From Owenia fusiformis (taxonomy: Eukaryota), in NCBI GenBank assembly GCA_903813345.2, contig CAIIXF020000001.1, positions 49,910,001 to 49,974,000 of the forward strand: a stretch of DNA of 64,000 nt. Direction: 5' to 3'. Under the pieces are notes generated by a model. That model did not search any database. It was not told where the DNA came from and was given only the letters and a program-made list of their open reading frames with translations. Positions 1 to 12,407 of the stretch are shown here, one piece after another. A program made the translations under genes and the position numbers. Numbering within the stretch: the stretch's first letter is position 1; the number at the start of each line of letters is the position of its first letter.

Positions 1-3000
1 TTATTGATTGAATCTACGGAGATGACTTCTTTTCTATAGTTCAATTCCTAGAACCAGAAAGAACAAAGATCAATTAAAACATGCAGAATTTTATCACTAA
101 TGTTATCACTCAATTGCACACACTTTGATACCATTGCTTCAAATTGATTCTTGTTAATTGATTTATATCCACAGTGAGTTACCAAGGGTCTAACACAGAC
201 TCACAAGCTCCCCTGGAAAATGTTTCTCTTTATCAAAGGCCCTTACAAAGTTTAAACCACTTAGGCTTATACTGAAGTATAAAAAGTAATGGAAAATCTG
301 AAATGCGTTAAAGCAGATATGAAATGGTATTTTTAACCTAAAGGAATCAACATAATTTTTTGATAGATGTATTTGGACATGTTTTCTCATCAGTAGGGTG
401 AAAACTATTTCACTCTAACGATCGTTATAGCTGCTTAATAAGCAATATTCGAATTGGTTGTGACGTTATTGGCCCCCACGTGATCTCTCACTGGTCCCCA
501 CGTGGCCCGTTTTGGTCCATTAGATCATGACGTCATAATGCCAAAATGTTTTGTTATTTGTTTACACAACAATCCTATGGTTGCCGTGACGTTGTGATTA
601 CTATGGAACCAATAAACCAAAGCTATATTTTGTATATGACGTTACTAATCACGTGGGGGCCAATTTGATTTATCAGTTAGTTTTATTTCGTTATCTATGA
701 CCGTTAGCAATTATCTAACATTTATTTTATAATGGCTATCACAAGAACTCTACGGTGGGCTTACAATGGAGAAAACCACATTTTTGTAGCTGCAAGTTGA
801 GAAAGCTATTTCAGTTGTCCTTTAAGTGAAATCTATGTTTAACTTTTTTTATCATAAATGTTGAATTTATTGTGTTTAAAGGCAGAATCAGATCTATAGG
901 GGGTGACAAAATTACAAGCAACGTGCATAATTGACCTACCAATCTATTCCTTACAATCTCAAATACAATATCTCCCAAAAGATTCACAATATGTTATAAA
1001 TTGGCGAACTTATTAATGATTCAAAGTGCAAAAATGGATGAAAAATGTTTAAATTCTCCCAAATAATAAGAATGGTAACCATTCTTATAGAAAAATAATA
1101 CATTATTGTAAAAATCTTTTGTTTTCCTTGAATAAAGTATGTACTTTTGTGATTTTTAGAAAATAGACATGACAAGGAATGACATGAGCCAAAAATATTC
1201 TAAAATTGAAACAATTTTTTGTTTAGCCTGCTCGCTATCTCTGATTCTCTCTTTAATACAGAGCAAGAAATGCATGTATCAAGAATGTGCAGGTGCTCTC
1301 CAGACCATCAAACCAGAGGCATTTTCACAAGAGGAGTTAAAAAACAACAAGCCATTATTGAGTTGTGTTTCAGATATACTCTGACATTTTTCATGTCCTC
1401 TATCTCTAATCTATGTATAACTATGTGATACAACTATTTCACTAATTGAGATTATTTTGGGCTCACTAAATAGGATCACCCTGTATGAAGTCATACTTAC
1501 AGGGTACATAACAATGGTACCATCAGGCTGTACAACCTCAACTGCCTCCACTCTAAAAGTTTAAATAAATAACAGTAAGGGACTAATCATACATGTAATG
1601 CATATTTGTAGCCAGGTGGGGGAACTTTGGAGGTACCCTGGAAAGTTCTGACCTACCTCTTTTTGAAAGAGATATGCTTTTTAAGACTTTCAAAGATAAA
1701 ATTGGCATTTTTAAAAATAAAATTCATTTTTGTCAGATTGAGCTCCAACTGAGACATAACAGCCCTTTCCTAAGCAAAGCTGATTATAGGTTTGTAATGT
1801 TATGCCTCCATCTATCTGAGCCTGAAGTACATCAAAAAGGAATGGTCATGAGAGTTGTCAACATTTATCAAACCAGGAAGCCTTTTACTTAAACTATTTT
1901 TACATCGATACCATCCTTCCACTTGAATTGAATCTCAAAGAACAAGGAAGCCTAAAGTTTTATTTTAATCTTAATTCTTGGAATTGATGGAACACTACAT
2001 TTTAACCATAAATCCTTTCCTACTATTGATTAAATTATGTTAAAATTGAAAACTGAATTACTTACACAAATGGCTCCGCACAATATTCACTGAACATTGC
2101 CACCAGTTGGTCCAGAACAATCTTGGCTTTGGTCAGATCTGTGGCTGTACACTCTATGAACACATTCTTTGTGCCAGTGTGGATCTTGGAATGTTCACCT
2201 AGAATGTGAACATATGGTATAATTTCCAGAGAGACCTTGGTCAGAACTGTGGCTTTAAGATTTGTGAAAACATGCTTCATGCCAATGTGGAACTTGGAAA
2301 AGCATTTTAGCTCATGTGCCTCAGTGTATTATTCTCATTTAGGATTTACTACTCACATTTCTTGTCTACAACTTAACATCACTTCAATGAATGCATTGTT
2401 TAAGACTTAAATTACTTTATAATAACATAATATGGATAACAATACTGACAAGTCCCATGGATGAAACTTTATTCGACCCTCAAGAATGATAGAATTACAT
2501 TTATGGGAATCATTGTGTAAATTAATTACATTATATGTACTATATAATAATACTGTATAGTAACACATACCATTAATGATAGGAGGCATGGATAAAACAA
2601 CCCCATTGCTGTCATAGATAACTGGGTATACTGGCTTGTCTCGAATGATTGGAAGATAGTGCCGCAGATGACTGTCGCCCTGTAAGAATGTTTAATGAAC
2701 TCTTAGTACTATACTGTAATTTGATTAATTTACTGCATTATTATTGCATCCCTGGTCTGATAGTTTTCAATATCAACATGTGTTTTGACCAAGTATAATG
2801 GTCAGCAAATTTTGCTCATTTATTTAATGGTAGTCTGATAAGAGTAAATAATAGGCAGCTTAGTTTGGAATCCAAAATACATTTCTGGTAAATGCAATGG
2901 TGAATGGTGCTGTAGACAATGTCATTATGGGTTACCATAAGAACCCATACCTTCATTCCAATCGGTTCATATTTACAATGAGGCAAGATTTACTTAGTGA

Positions 3001-6000
3001 AACTTCATGGTCATCCTGCCTGGTGCTCTTTATTTTGCACATTACAACATATAAAAATTCTCTAGTCTTGCCTCAAGACCCCTAGACCCCCTATCTATTG
3101 TTGAAGTTGATAAGGGGGGGGGGGGGAGGGGGGTCCAGGGTCTTGATACAAGACTAGTTACTCCTAGAAACTCTCTGACTGGTCATGATATCTAGCTGGT
3201 TCTACAGTGTATTGAGCTAGAATTCATGATGATACAATACTTACAGAATATAACTCCATCAGTTCTACAGCTGTGAATTCTTTGGTTTGGCTGAGTGGCT
3301 TGAATTTAATATCTGCTGGAGGTTGTGCGTTAAATGTGAATGGACCCTGTATGGTATCTAGATCATGAGTTCCTATAGCTACTAGTGACCTCTTTCTGAA
3401 AAAATGAAAATTTTTTTTCAAACAAATATTTACTTCGCTTGAGTTTCACTACATACTTTTTTACTGTTTACATAGAAATATATTACGAAAATTCAGAAGT
3501 ATGTTAATTTTACCAAAGACTGGAGCTTCTGATTGGCTGGTAGACTTGCAAAGATGTGACTGAGCAAAAGCCTATATAGATTCACATGCTTTTTCTCAAG
3601 AAAAGTCCAAGATAGTCATACAGTCTGTAAGTCATGCCATATAGGGAGAAATATCCATTTAAGAAGAAATTGTTTCACTGCACATGTACAATGGATGTTT
3701 CATTATACAACATTTCCACATTTATTGCACATTCAAATCTCCAATAAAAGTTACAAAAGATACATTTGAGAATATAAAGATCATATCTATATCAAAACTG
3801 TAAAATCATCTGTGAAATCAACTGATTTCAATATAGTAATGAATTACCTGCATATGTTTTGGTGAAGTTTATCTTGTAGTTCTATGAAACTGTTATATCT
3901 CTCCTGCAATAAGAGAAATCAATATACAGGGTGTTTCATAACAGTCCAATTTTGTTTTATATGTAAACAAGACAATATGAGGCATTGTAGTTTTTAACTA
4001 TTGAAAAAATTCATGTATTCAAAATTGACATAGGAATACGCTAGTTTTTCATCTTTAAATCATGGGCTTTAACCGCACAAGCTTCACTTTGTAGAATTCT
4101 GCGATAACTAGAGGCAAGAAATAATTTTTATCATCCAAGTTTTTGTCTTCTATACTGTATGCATTCAACATTATTTTAGAAAATGGGGGAGGTGGTTCCC
4201 AAAGTTATCATAACTTACAGGGGATTTCCAGCTTCACATTTTTTGAAATGCTTTTGTTTACATTGTTGAAAAATATTCACTTGTTTCATGTAAGAATTTG
4301 GCTATTTTAATGTGCTTCACACATGCCTTTTTAGAAAAATGGATGAATAAAGATAGTAATTAAACAAATAACTCACCTTGGTGAATGTAATGTTTCTCAG
4401 AACAGCTGCCACTGCATGGGGTCTTACCTGTCCAGTCTGTAACAGAAACATGTTCAATGTAATTGCATCATAGGTATGAAACCCCACAGTACAATGCGCT
4501 TGCCAGTGTTAACATAGCTAGGGGCTACAAGTATATACTACATGAGCGAGACCCCTCATTAATAAGATGATGATACCACTAGCAAACTAACAGTACAATG
4601 GGGTCTGGATAGTACGTGGTGTGCATTTTGATTATTTTAGGGATATCAAAGTACAGTATTGTCAATCTGAACATTTTAAAAATATAGATGAAATTATAAT
4701 GTTCACCAATCATATGATGAAACATCGACACAAGAACTGAGAAATAAGAAATTGTACTCACCTCTGGTTTGATAATAAGTCTCTGCATGTTTGTTTTTGG
4801 GACTACTACTTTGTATCTGGGAGCAGCAATTCTAACAAAGAAAAGTTTGGTTTAAAATTTATATTTGACTTTTTTAATAACCACACACATGCCACATAGC
4901 CCTAGTCTTGTTTCAATTCCTCTCCTACTATCTATTTGACAAGCATTCTTGGCGAGAATATGGGATTAGGACTGGGAACACCAAGGCTTTACATGCAGTG
5001 AAACTGACATCTACAGGGTGTCCAATAAATAAGGTGAAAGATATTGTAACTTTCTTAATATTGCACCAATCTTGATGAAATTTTCAGAGTTTGTAGCCCA
5101 AACGTTTTACCTTTATTCTGTGAATTTAAAGCGTCTTCTATTTGATTGGCCAGAGTTGTGGTTGGTATAGCAACCGAAACAACAAAAAGGCGGGGCAAGT
5201 TTGTTTACGTCACAACTTTCCAAAACATATTTATTCTTTCTGATAGCTTTATTCATAGTCCCAGGTCTATTACTACCACAAATACAACAGATACAATATA
5301 AAAAACAGTCCTAAAGTCCCATTGTTATGAAAATAAGCTATTCAACATAATGTCCATCTCTAGCTATACACTTCTTATGCCTATTCACCCTCTCTCTAAA
5401 CACATTTATGAACCCATTCTCGCCCATTTCCTGAAGTCTTGCTAAGACATGTGATCTGAGTTCATCAGTGCTTCCAAATTTATTTCCTCATAAGTCACGC
5501 TTGAGTTCTGCATATAAGTAAAAGTCATTGGGTGCAAGGTCTGGGGAATATGGAGGGTGTGCAAGTAGGGGTAGCCCCATTCCTAATAGTTTCACTAGTG
5601 AGCATAGCTGTGTGTGAACTCAGATCAAATGTCTTAGCAAGACTTCAGGAAATGGGCAAGAATGGGTTTGAAAGTGTGTTTAGAGAGTGGGCATAAGAAG
5701 TGTATAGCCAGAGATGGGCATTATGTTAAATAGCTTATTTTCATAGCAATGGGACTTTAGGGCTGTTTTTATATTGTATTTGTTGTAGTAATAGACCTGG
5801 GAGTATGAATAAAGCTATCAGAAAAAATAAATATGTTTTGGAAAGTTGTGACGTAAACAAACTTGCCCCGCCTTTTTGTTGTTTCGGTTGCTATAGCAAC
5901 CACAACTCTGGCCAATCAAATAGAAGACGCTTTAAATTCACAGAATAAAGGTAAAAAGGTTTGGGCTACAAACTCTGAAAATTTCATCAAGATTGGTGCA

Positions 6001-8673
6001 ATATTAAGAAAGTTATAATATCTTTCACCTTATTTATTGGACACCCTGTATTACAGTGATCTCCCCAGCATTAAAGCAAGTGGGCGCAGCATCCACCTGA
6101 GATTTTGAAAATAGGCATGCACCCACCTGAAAATCCATTTGCACCCACTTGAAAATGAGAAAAATCATGAAAAATGGGCATAATTTGACCAATTTTGGTC
6201 TGAATTATGCACCCACTTGAGAAAAAATCTTGTAGAGATCAGTGTATTACACATTGTATGTTAACTCATTGATTTTCGAGAGCTTTCTCTAAAAGCTCTC
6301 TCTTTCTCTTTCTGTTAAACGTATTCTAGAAACTTACTTTTCTTTAAAGACTAGAAGTCCCCTGACCAGACCCTCAACACACAGTAAGTCATATCTGAAA
6401 TAAGAACAGTACATGCCTGAATGAAAGGAATTTGACAAAAGATCCTCAAAATTGGTTACAAATTTTGTGTTTATAAGTAATAAAAGGGTTAACCTAGCCA
6501 TTCGATTTGATTTTAACATAACTGATTCTGAAAATGTACAATTCTAACATTTTTTCAATCATTTTATCTCTGTAGAGGACAAAGCACTGTGATCCCCATA
6601 ATCACAAATAAAAGTTGATCCTTGAACCACTTAAAATTTCTACTGGAGATGCTTACAGCCCTGAAAACCCATTTTCATACCTAAAGATGAGAAAGTTTGT
6701 GACAATTGGAATATTTTGACTAACTTGGTCAGAATAATGAAAATGAGATTTCTACACTGACTTGAAAAAATCCTTAGGGGGGGGGGGGCACTAATACAAG
6801 AGCTGAGTGTTATTTGCCAGGTCTATTACCTATTAGCTGGTAGCTCGACCCTATAGATGACTTCATCATCAGCTTCCAGTGCCTTCTCTGCACCCTGCTC
6901 CTTACTCAGCATGGCTTTTTCTGTCGTCTGCAATTACACACATGGTTTAGGGCCAAGGTGGATATACATTTAAACACCCATATCATCCCTGATCTAAAAA
7001 CATAATTATTTACATTTTGTCTTAACACCCACCCTCTAACTTAAAAAAAGAAACCTTCAGAGTTGATGTCATTTGAGTTGAGTCATTTGTTGATATATCT
7101 GTCATACTAAAAAGAAACTTATACATACCACTTCATCTAACTCTAGGCCAAACTCGAAGCATAGTTCATCAAATTCCTCATCAGCTGAAATATACAAGAA
7201 AGATTAATAATTTAAAAAAATTAATAAATTGATTGTTGTTGTGGCAATGACTGAATGTGTGATCACTGATAGATAATTCTGTGTTTTGGAATTTTTGGTG
7301 AGGTAATAAGACCAAAACTTGCATTTCAATTTGAAAGAAATTGTGATGTGGAAAAATGGCGCATTTGATTTCAAATTTTATGATTACTACATGACCCATA
7401 CATACAGCAACATGATTCACATCCGGCAGAATAAAAAACCTGCAGGATTTATCTTTGGACGAAGGCCACGATATAGTGGCCTTAGAAGAAGGTAAATTAC
7501 AGGAGCAAACTCGGTCAATGGATCAAGATCTTATGCAAAGTAGTCACTGAAGCTCCTACTGTGCAGCTGCCTTCAACAGAGGAAATCTCAAAAAATTGAA
7601 TCGAATACACCAAGTTAGTGGTGTACTCGAACAGATTTTTTATACATTTCCCTGGCCTATCATTATGATCCCGTTTACAGTTGGGGACAAAAATAAATGA
7701 CAGGTCGATTTTCGATCACCATTTCCTAATTATGGTGGTCTGAAAGCCCATAATTTCAAATATTGTCTAGATATAGACTATATCCCTTAAAATTTGTATA
7801 TTTTATATTTTGTATAATCTCATCCACTGATGTATGGCCTCTTGTAAATTCTCTTATTTTTAACATGGGAAATCCTCACTTCAGCAAATCCACCTGTCAT
7901 TTATTTATGTCCCCAACTGTAGAGTCAGTACGTCTATTTCCAAACACCCCCATCAAAAAATGTAGTTAGCTTGGCTGTACTGCACATCTATGCTATGATT
8001 CTATATATATTATGTGTATTATCCATGGTAGAATGCATTTGCAGAAAAAATTACGAAAAATTGTAAAAAATATCTGGGTTATTCCATTTTTACTACAAGG
8101 TATTTCAGGGGGGTAATTCCGAACAGGAGTTTTTTTGGGGGGTAAATCCGAACACTTGCATGGGGGTAATTCCAAACACTTAACTTAAACTTAATTTTTT
8201 TAATTATTAGATTGATGGTATATCATTATATGATACCCTTAACTTATGATACTGGATCCTGTCACCCCTGCATATCAAGAAACCCAAATTTAAATCATTT
8301 ATTACTGACATCTATTTATTTAAACGCACAGAGTTTGTGGGGGTAATTCCAAACACTAGCATGGGGGTAATTCCGAACACCTAAATCATCATAATTGATT
8401 ATTTTATTGTAAGATTGTTGGTATACATCATTATATTGTATCTTTCAGGCTATAAATATTATGTAGAGGTAGTAGAGGTACTATTATTCAATTCAATGAT
8501 CTGCTTGCCATTATTTGGAACCCGTTCGTGTTTACCCCCCTGTTTGGATTTGGACGTATTGACTCTATTTTAATTTTTTCAAAATTTTTCAGATAAATAT
8601 ATGATTTTCACTTACTGTACGTCTTTCCAAGCGCTTCAAACAATAGATCACGTTTCACTCCAATTATAGGCAT
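1..8673 (-). CDS. FARSB: Phenylalanine--tRNA ligase beta subunit, 5' part (12 coding exons, 3' truncated by window edge)
   Basis: Exons (minus): 8616-8673, 7129-7184, 6830-6927, 6338-6394, 4762-4831, 4377-4436, 3848-3903, 3245-3395, 2571-2679, 2066-2198, 1501-1552, 1-47 (partial); all GT-AG with consistent phases. Translation [38 protein letters not shown]...[17 protein letters not shown]...[24 protein letters not shown]...[13 protein letters not shown]...[19 protein letters not shown] matches recalled eukaryotic FARSB closely. Confidence 0.97.
880..1252. mobile_element. TTAA-flanked non-autonomous DNA transposon (Kolobok-like MITE)
   Basis: TTAA|AGGCAGAATCAGA ... TCTGATTCTCTCT|TTAA; an internally deleted copy with the same ends lies at 49807-49950. 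Confidence 0.6.
3062..3157. repeat. Short palindromic MITE-like element with poly-G centre
   Basis: CTAGTCTTG..TCAAGACCC at the left and GGGTCTTGA..CAAGACTAG at the right are inverted repeats. Confidence 0.5.
5014..6048. mobile_element. Mariner-derived foldback element with decayed transposase 3' end
   Basis: TA|CAGGGTGTCC...GGACACCCTG|TA; ~440-bp inverted arms. Minus strand ~5340-5580 reads [37 protein letters not shown]...[12 protein letters not shown], the mariner YSPDLAP motif and C-terminus. Confidence 0.88.
6054..6244. mobile_element. Small hAT-like MITE
   Basis: CAGTGATCTC...GAGATCAGTG ends; internal GCACCCAC(C/T)TGA repeats; TATTA on both flanks. Confidence 0.45.
7922..8565. mobile_element. 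TIR element with subterminal GGGGGTAATTCCGAACAC repeats (FARSB intron 1)
   Basis: TA|GAGTCAGTACGTC ... GACGTATTGACTC|TA; five or more copies of the GGGGGTAA(T/A)TCC(G/A)AACA motif at 8108-8380. Confidence 0.6.
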
Positions 8674-8990
8674 ATCTTCAATGTATCTATTTTATAAAAT
8701 ATATGCAAATAACACACTAAATCCCGATAATATTGATATATCTGACGCAACGTGAAGTATGCCGGAAACGCAGGAACAGTCAATTTTGCAAACAATCTCG
8801 ATGTAGCGAAAAGCTTGGAATGGAAAAATAAAATAAATTGTACAAAGTTTGAGACAACGTCGTTCCTGTAAACATTTAAAAATGAAATGTTATGGAGTGA
8901 AAATGCCGAAGCCTTTGTCTTGCAATAAGAATTGAAATCTAGTAAAAAATGATTATGATATTTGAGACGTCAGTTTAGATTATCTGAGGT
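8674..8990. promoter_or_regulatory. Candidate bidirectional promoter FARSB / CCDC17-like
   Basis: Immediately upstream of the FARSB ATG; CpG-richer than flanks, with CCGGAA and TGACG motifs. Plus-strand donor GAG|GTAGGT at 8988/8989, and the first CCDC17-like coding exon has an acceptor (TTCTAG, 12385) upstream of its ATG. Confidence 0.4.
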
Positions 8991-9147
8991 AGGTGATTGC
9001 GTATGCAATTTCATCGTCAACTTTTGTTTTATTCAATAATATTGAGTCAAATAATCAACAATGTTACTTGTAAGCCTAGAAATACATAGGATCTAACTTA
9101 GATTTTGAAAAATTCAAGTTGCTAAATTGCTCAAGCTCACCCAAGTG

Positions 9148-10669
9148 CAGTACTGTCAACCCCTAAAGATTTTCTCGCGGGACAGATTTTTTAGACCCAG
9201 TTCGCGGGATTTAGCGGGACATGTACTAAATTCGCGGGATTTTGCGGGACATTTAAGACAGATGTTTTAGACAACGTGCCCTAAATTTGCGGGATTTCGC
9301 GGGACATCCACCTAAATTTGCAGGATGTCCCGGGACATTCAAGGGATTTGCGTGATTGGGACTAATGTAAAAGCATGTTAAAGTACTTAAATCAAACTTC
9401 CAGATACTGATTAATCAAATATATGCACCGTTGCATTATAACTTAAATAAACGTCAACACAATTTTACAAAATACGCATAGGTATATTATTAAACTTTAT
9501 TGTAATTTATCAAAAACAAAAACCATGCTTCAGGTGTGAGTAGTACTAACACGAAATTCAAAAATTCGGAACAATACTTTGCACTTCTGGCGTCGTGACC
9601 AACTATGAAACGCTTACCCCCATAATGTTATATATTAAAATGTACCTATTCATATACTGTAGGCATGGGCTTTCAATTGAAAGCCCATGATATAGGGGTT
9701 CGATTAATCTACATCAAATTATAGGGAATGAGGTTACTTTTCTAGATAGGGTTTGTAGAAAAAACCGGGTACCGGGTAGTAAATCCTCCATGCTGGGTTC
9801 AAACTTGGTACCCGGTCGAAAAAACCGGGTACCCAAAAAACGAAATATACGAATATACAACATAATTAGATCATTAGAAAACGTGTAAGATTTGTTTTGA
9901 ATTTACAAAAATGTATGTAACTTCCTTCAAAATTGCGCTAGAAGCTTCAAATGAAAAGCATTTTAAGGCTCTTTTCTTCCTTTATCATCATAACCAATGA
10001 AAATATGGCCATGACGATAGAGGAAGAAAAGAGCCTTAAACTATGCTTTTTATTTGAAGCTTCTAGCTCAATTTTGAAGGATGTTCCATACATTTTTGTG
10101 AATTCAAAACAAATCTTACACGTTTTCTCATAATCTAATTATGTTATATATTCGTATTTTTCGTTTTTTTGGGTACCCGTTTTTTTGACCGGGTACCAAG
10201 TTTGAACCCAGCATGGAGGATTTACAACCCGGTACCCAGTTTTTTCTACAAACCCTTTCTACATATCAGCGTCCATTTATTGTAACTCGCGTTTGCTAAC
10301 ATTTGCTCAGTTCTGAGATGAAAGCCAAACGGGTAGTAAAAAGGCCAACGTTGGAACTGTTTGTGACCTACATCCCTATTTTCGTAATTAAAATGAAAGT
10401 TGAACCCTTCCTCTTTATTTTGATACCAAACAACAGCATGCTAGGTACTTACAACAAGGTAAACTTTACTCCTCAAAAGTGCAAAAACTTAGCTTCTTAT
10501 ATAAGATAAGATAATCACAATATAGGGGATTGCAACAATTTCGGAAATTCGCGGAGGTTAAAGCCACATTTGCGGGACTTCGCGGGACATTGCGGGACAC
10601 GCGAATTAGCCTAATTTTGATCAAATTCGCGGGATAATCCCGCCATTCGCGGGACACTTGACAGCTCTG
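9148..10669. mobile_element. hAT-like non-autonomous element with GCGGGA subterminal repeats
   Basis: CAGTACTGTCAA...TTGACAGCTCTG termini; CAAGTG duplicated on both flanks; clusters of (C)GCGGGA(C/T) at both ends. Confidence 0.7.
9748..10256. mobile_element. Palindromic MITE nested in the 9148-10669 element
   Basis: AGGGTTTGTAGAAAAAAC...GTTTTTTTCTACAAACCCT; almost the whole element is one inverted repeat; flanks TTCTAGAT / TTCTACAT (8-bp TSD, one mismatch). Confidence 0.8.
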
Positions 10670-11195
10670 CAAGTGCAATGACTTTCCATTCTCCGAATTT
10701 CACTTACCACAAACATGAGCTTTCAATGGATGACTCCTGGATGACACAGTCGTCAATTTGCATTTGTAGGGGAGATGCGTCGAACCTCTACTATGGGGTT
10801 GTTTTGCCATGGGGCTATTTCGATCATGGGGCTTTTTCGACATTGGCTTATACATGTATTTCCGAATCACGAAGCCTGCCATGTTTTTGAAAAGTTTTAA
10901 AAATAAATCTCCCCTAGCACAACTACATGTAACTAATGAAGATAGTAGTGTAACAATCCAGATAAACAAAATTAAGCCACTACAGCTGGGCTGTAGTTAT
11001 AAATTGCTACCAAGTCTTTACTCCCCTCCCCCTTTGAAAGGACCACACCCTCGTGATCAGCCCTGCTATATTTTTTCATCTGAATGCAGATTTTGGCTAC
11101 TTTTGAGTTTTGCTTTTTTGTTCAAGTAGAATTGATTTCCTCATTGTAAATGACACTTTTCAAGTAACAAGCTTTTGGTATGTGAAATATTTTTA

Positions 11196-12105
11196 GGCTT
11201 TGTATAAAAAACCTCCTACCTCGTACCCACTTACCTGGGACCTGATACAGTCTTTAAAGGGTTTAATTTTAAAGAAGTTATTAAATCTTAGTTTATGATG
11301 AATAATAGATGAATTAATGCACCAAATGCCACCCATATGCCTTTATTTATGGATCTGTCATCTGTCTAGTCATAAAATAAAGCCGGAATTGCAGAAATGT
11401 TAATAATTTAAGCTATTTTGATTTCATGTCTGCTTTTGATTTCTCGAAATGATTTTTGTTGGTCGGTCAGTCTGGCTTTGTATAAAAAACCTTGTACCCA
11501 CGTAGGTGGATCTTGACACAGTCTTTGAAGGGTGCAATTTTTAAATGTTTTAAAGATTATTATTTATTCTCAGTTTTTGCTTAATTATAGAGTAAATTGT
11601 GATAATGTTCCTTTTATGAAGCGGGGAAGTAAAAACATTACTAATAGAAATTATAGAAAGCATTGGACGATCCTTTAGAAGCATTTAAAATCGAATCCAC
11701 GGCAAAATTTGAATAATTGAAATATTCACTCGCGGACGTCACAGATCACACTTTCGGTTTAATAATCGAAAAAATATTATTATGAATTTGTCCGATATCT
11801 GCTCAAATATGGTATGTATAGTACAAATATGGTATGTTGATTGTTAAATTACAAAATAGGTAGGGTAAAGAATATGTCAAAGTCTTATGATCTTGTCCAA
11901 GAAGCAATATTTTGTCACTTGTCTCTCCCAGAATTCCTTTAACCTTTTTTCGATACCAGTTTCATTTTATGGCTAGACAGTTGACAGATCCATCGATTCA
12001 TCTATAATTCAAGATAAACTAAGGTTTATATTCTAATAATCTAATAATAATTCTAATAATCTTCTTAATAATGTTTAAAATCGAACCCTTCAAAGACTGT
12101 ATCAA
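11196..12105. repeat. Degenerate direct and inverted repeats (old foldback/MITE)
   Basis: GGCTTTGTATAAAAAACC...CAGTCTTT at 11196 and 11474; segments near 11240-11390 recur reverse-complemented at 11950-12105. Confidence 0.5.
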
Positions 12106-12407
12106 AGACTTTATTATATTGCCTTTACAGTTTACAATCACTGATTGGATCAATTAATAATCTAATTATACGTATTCCTGGTCGTGGTCAGTGGTCACAG
12201 TTTCATGTACCTACTAAATTTGGTCACTCTGTAGCTAGTATTTTGTAAAAACACACAATTTGGGGTTCAGTGTGTATAGATTTTTAATTTTTGCTAGTTT
12301 GGACTTAGAATTCAATGTGAAAAATCATGGCTACTAGCCCAGTATTCAGTGTTGACCTGTCAGTAAAAACATTTCCTACTTCTAGGAATCTGGCGCTTTA
12401 GACTAAG

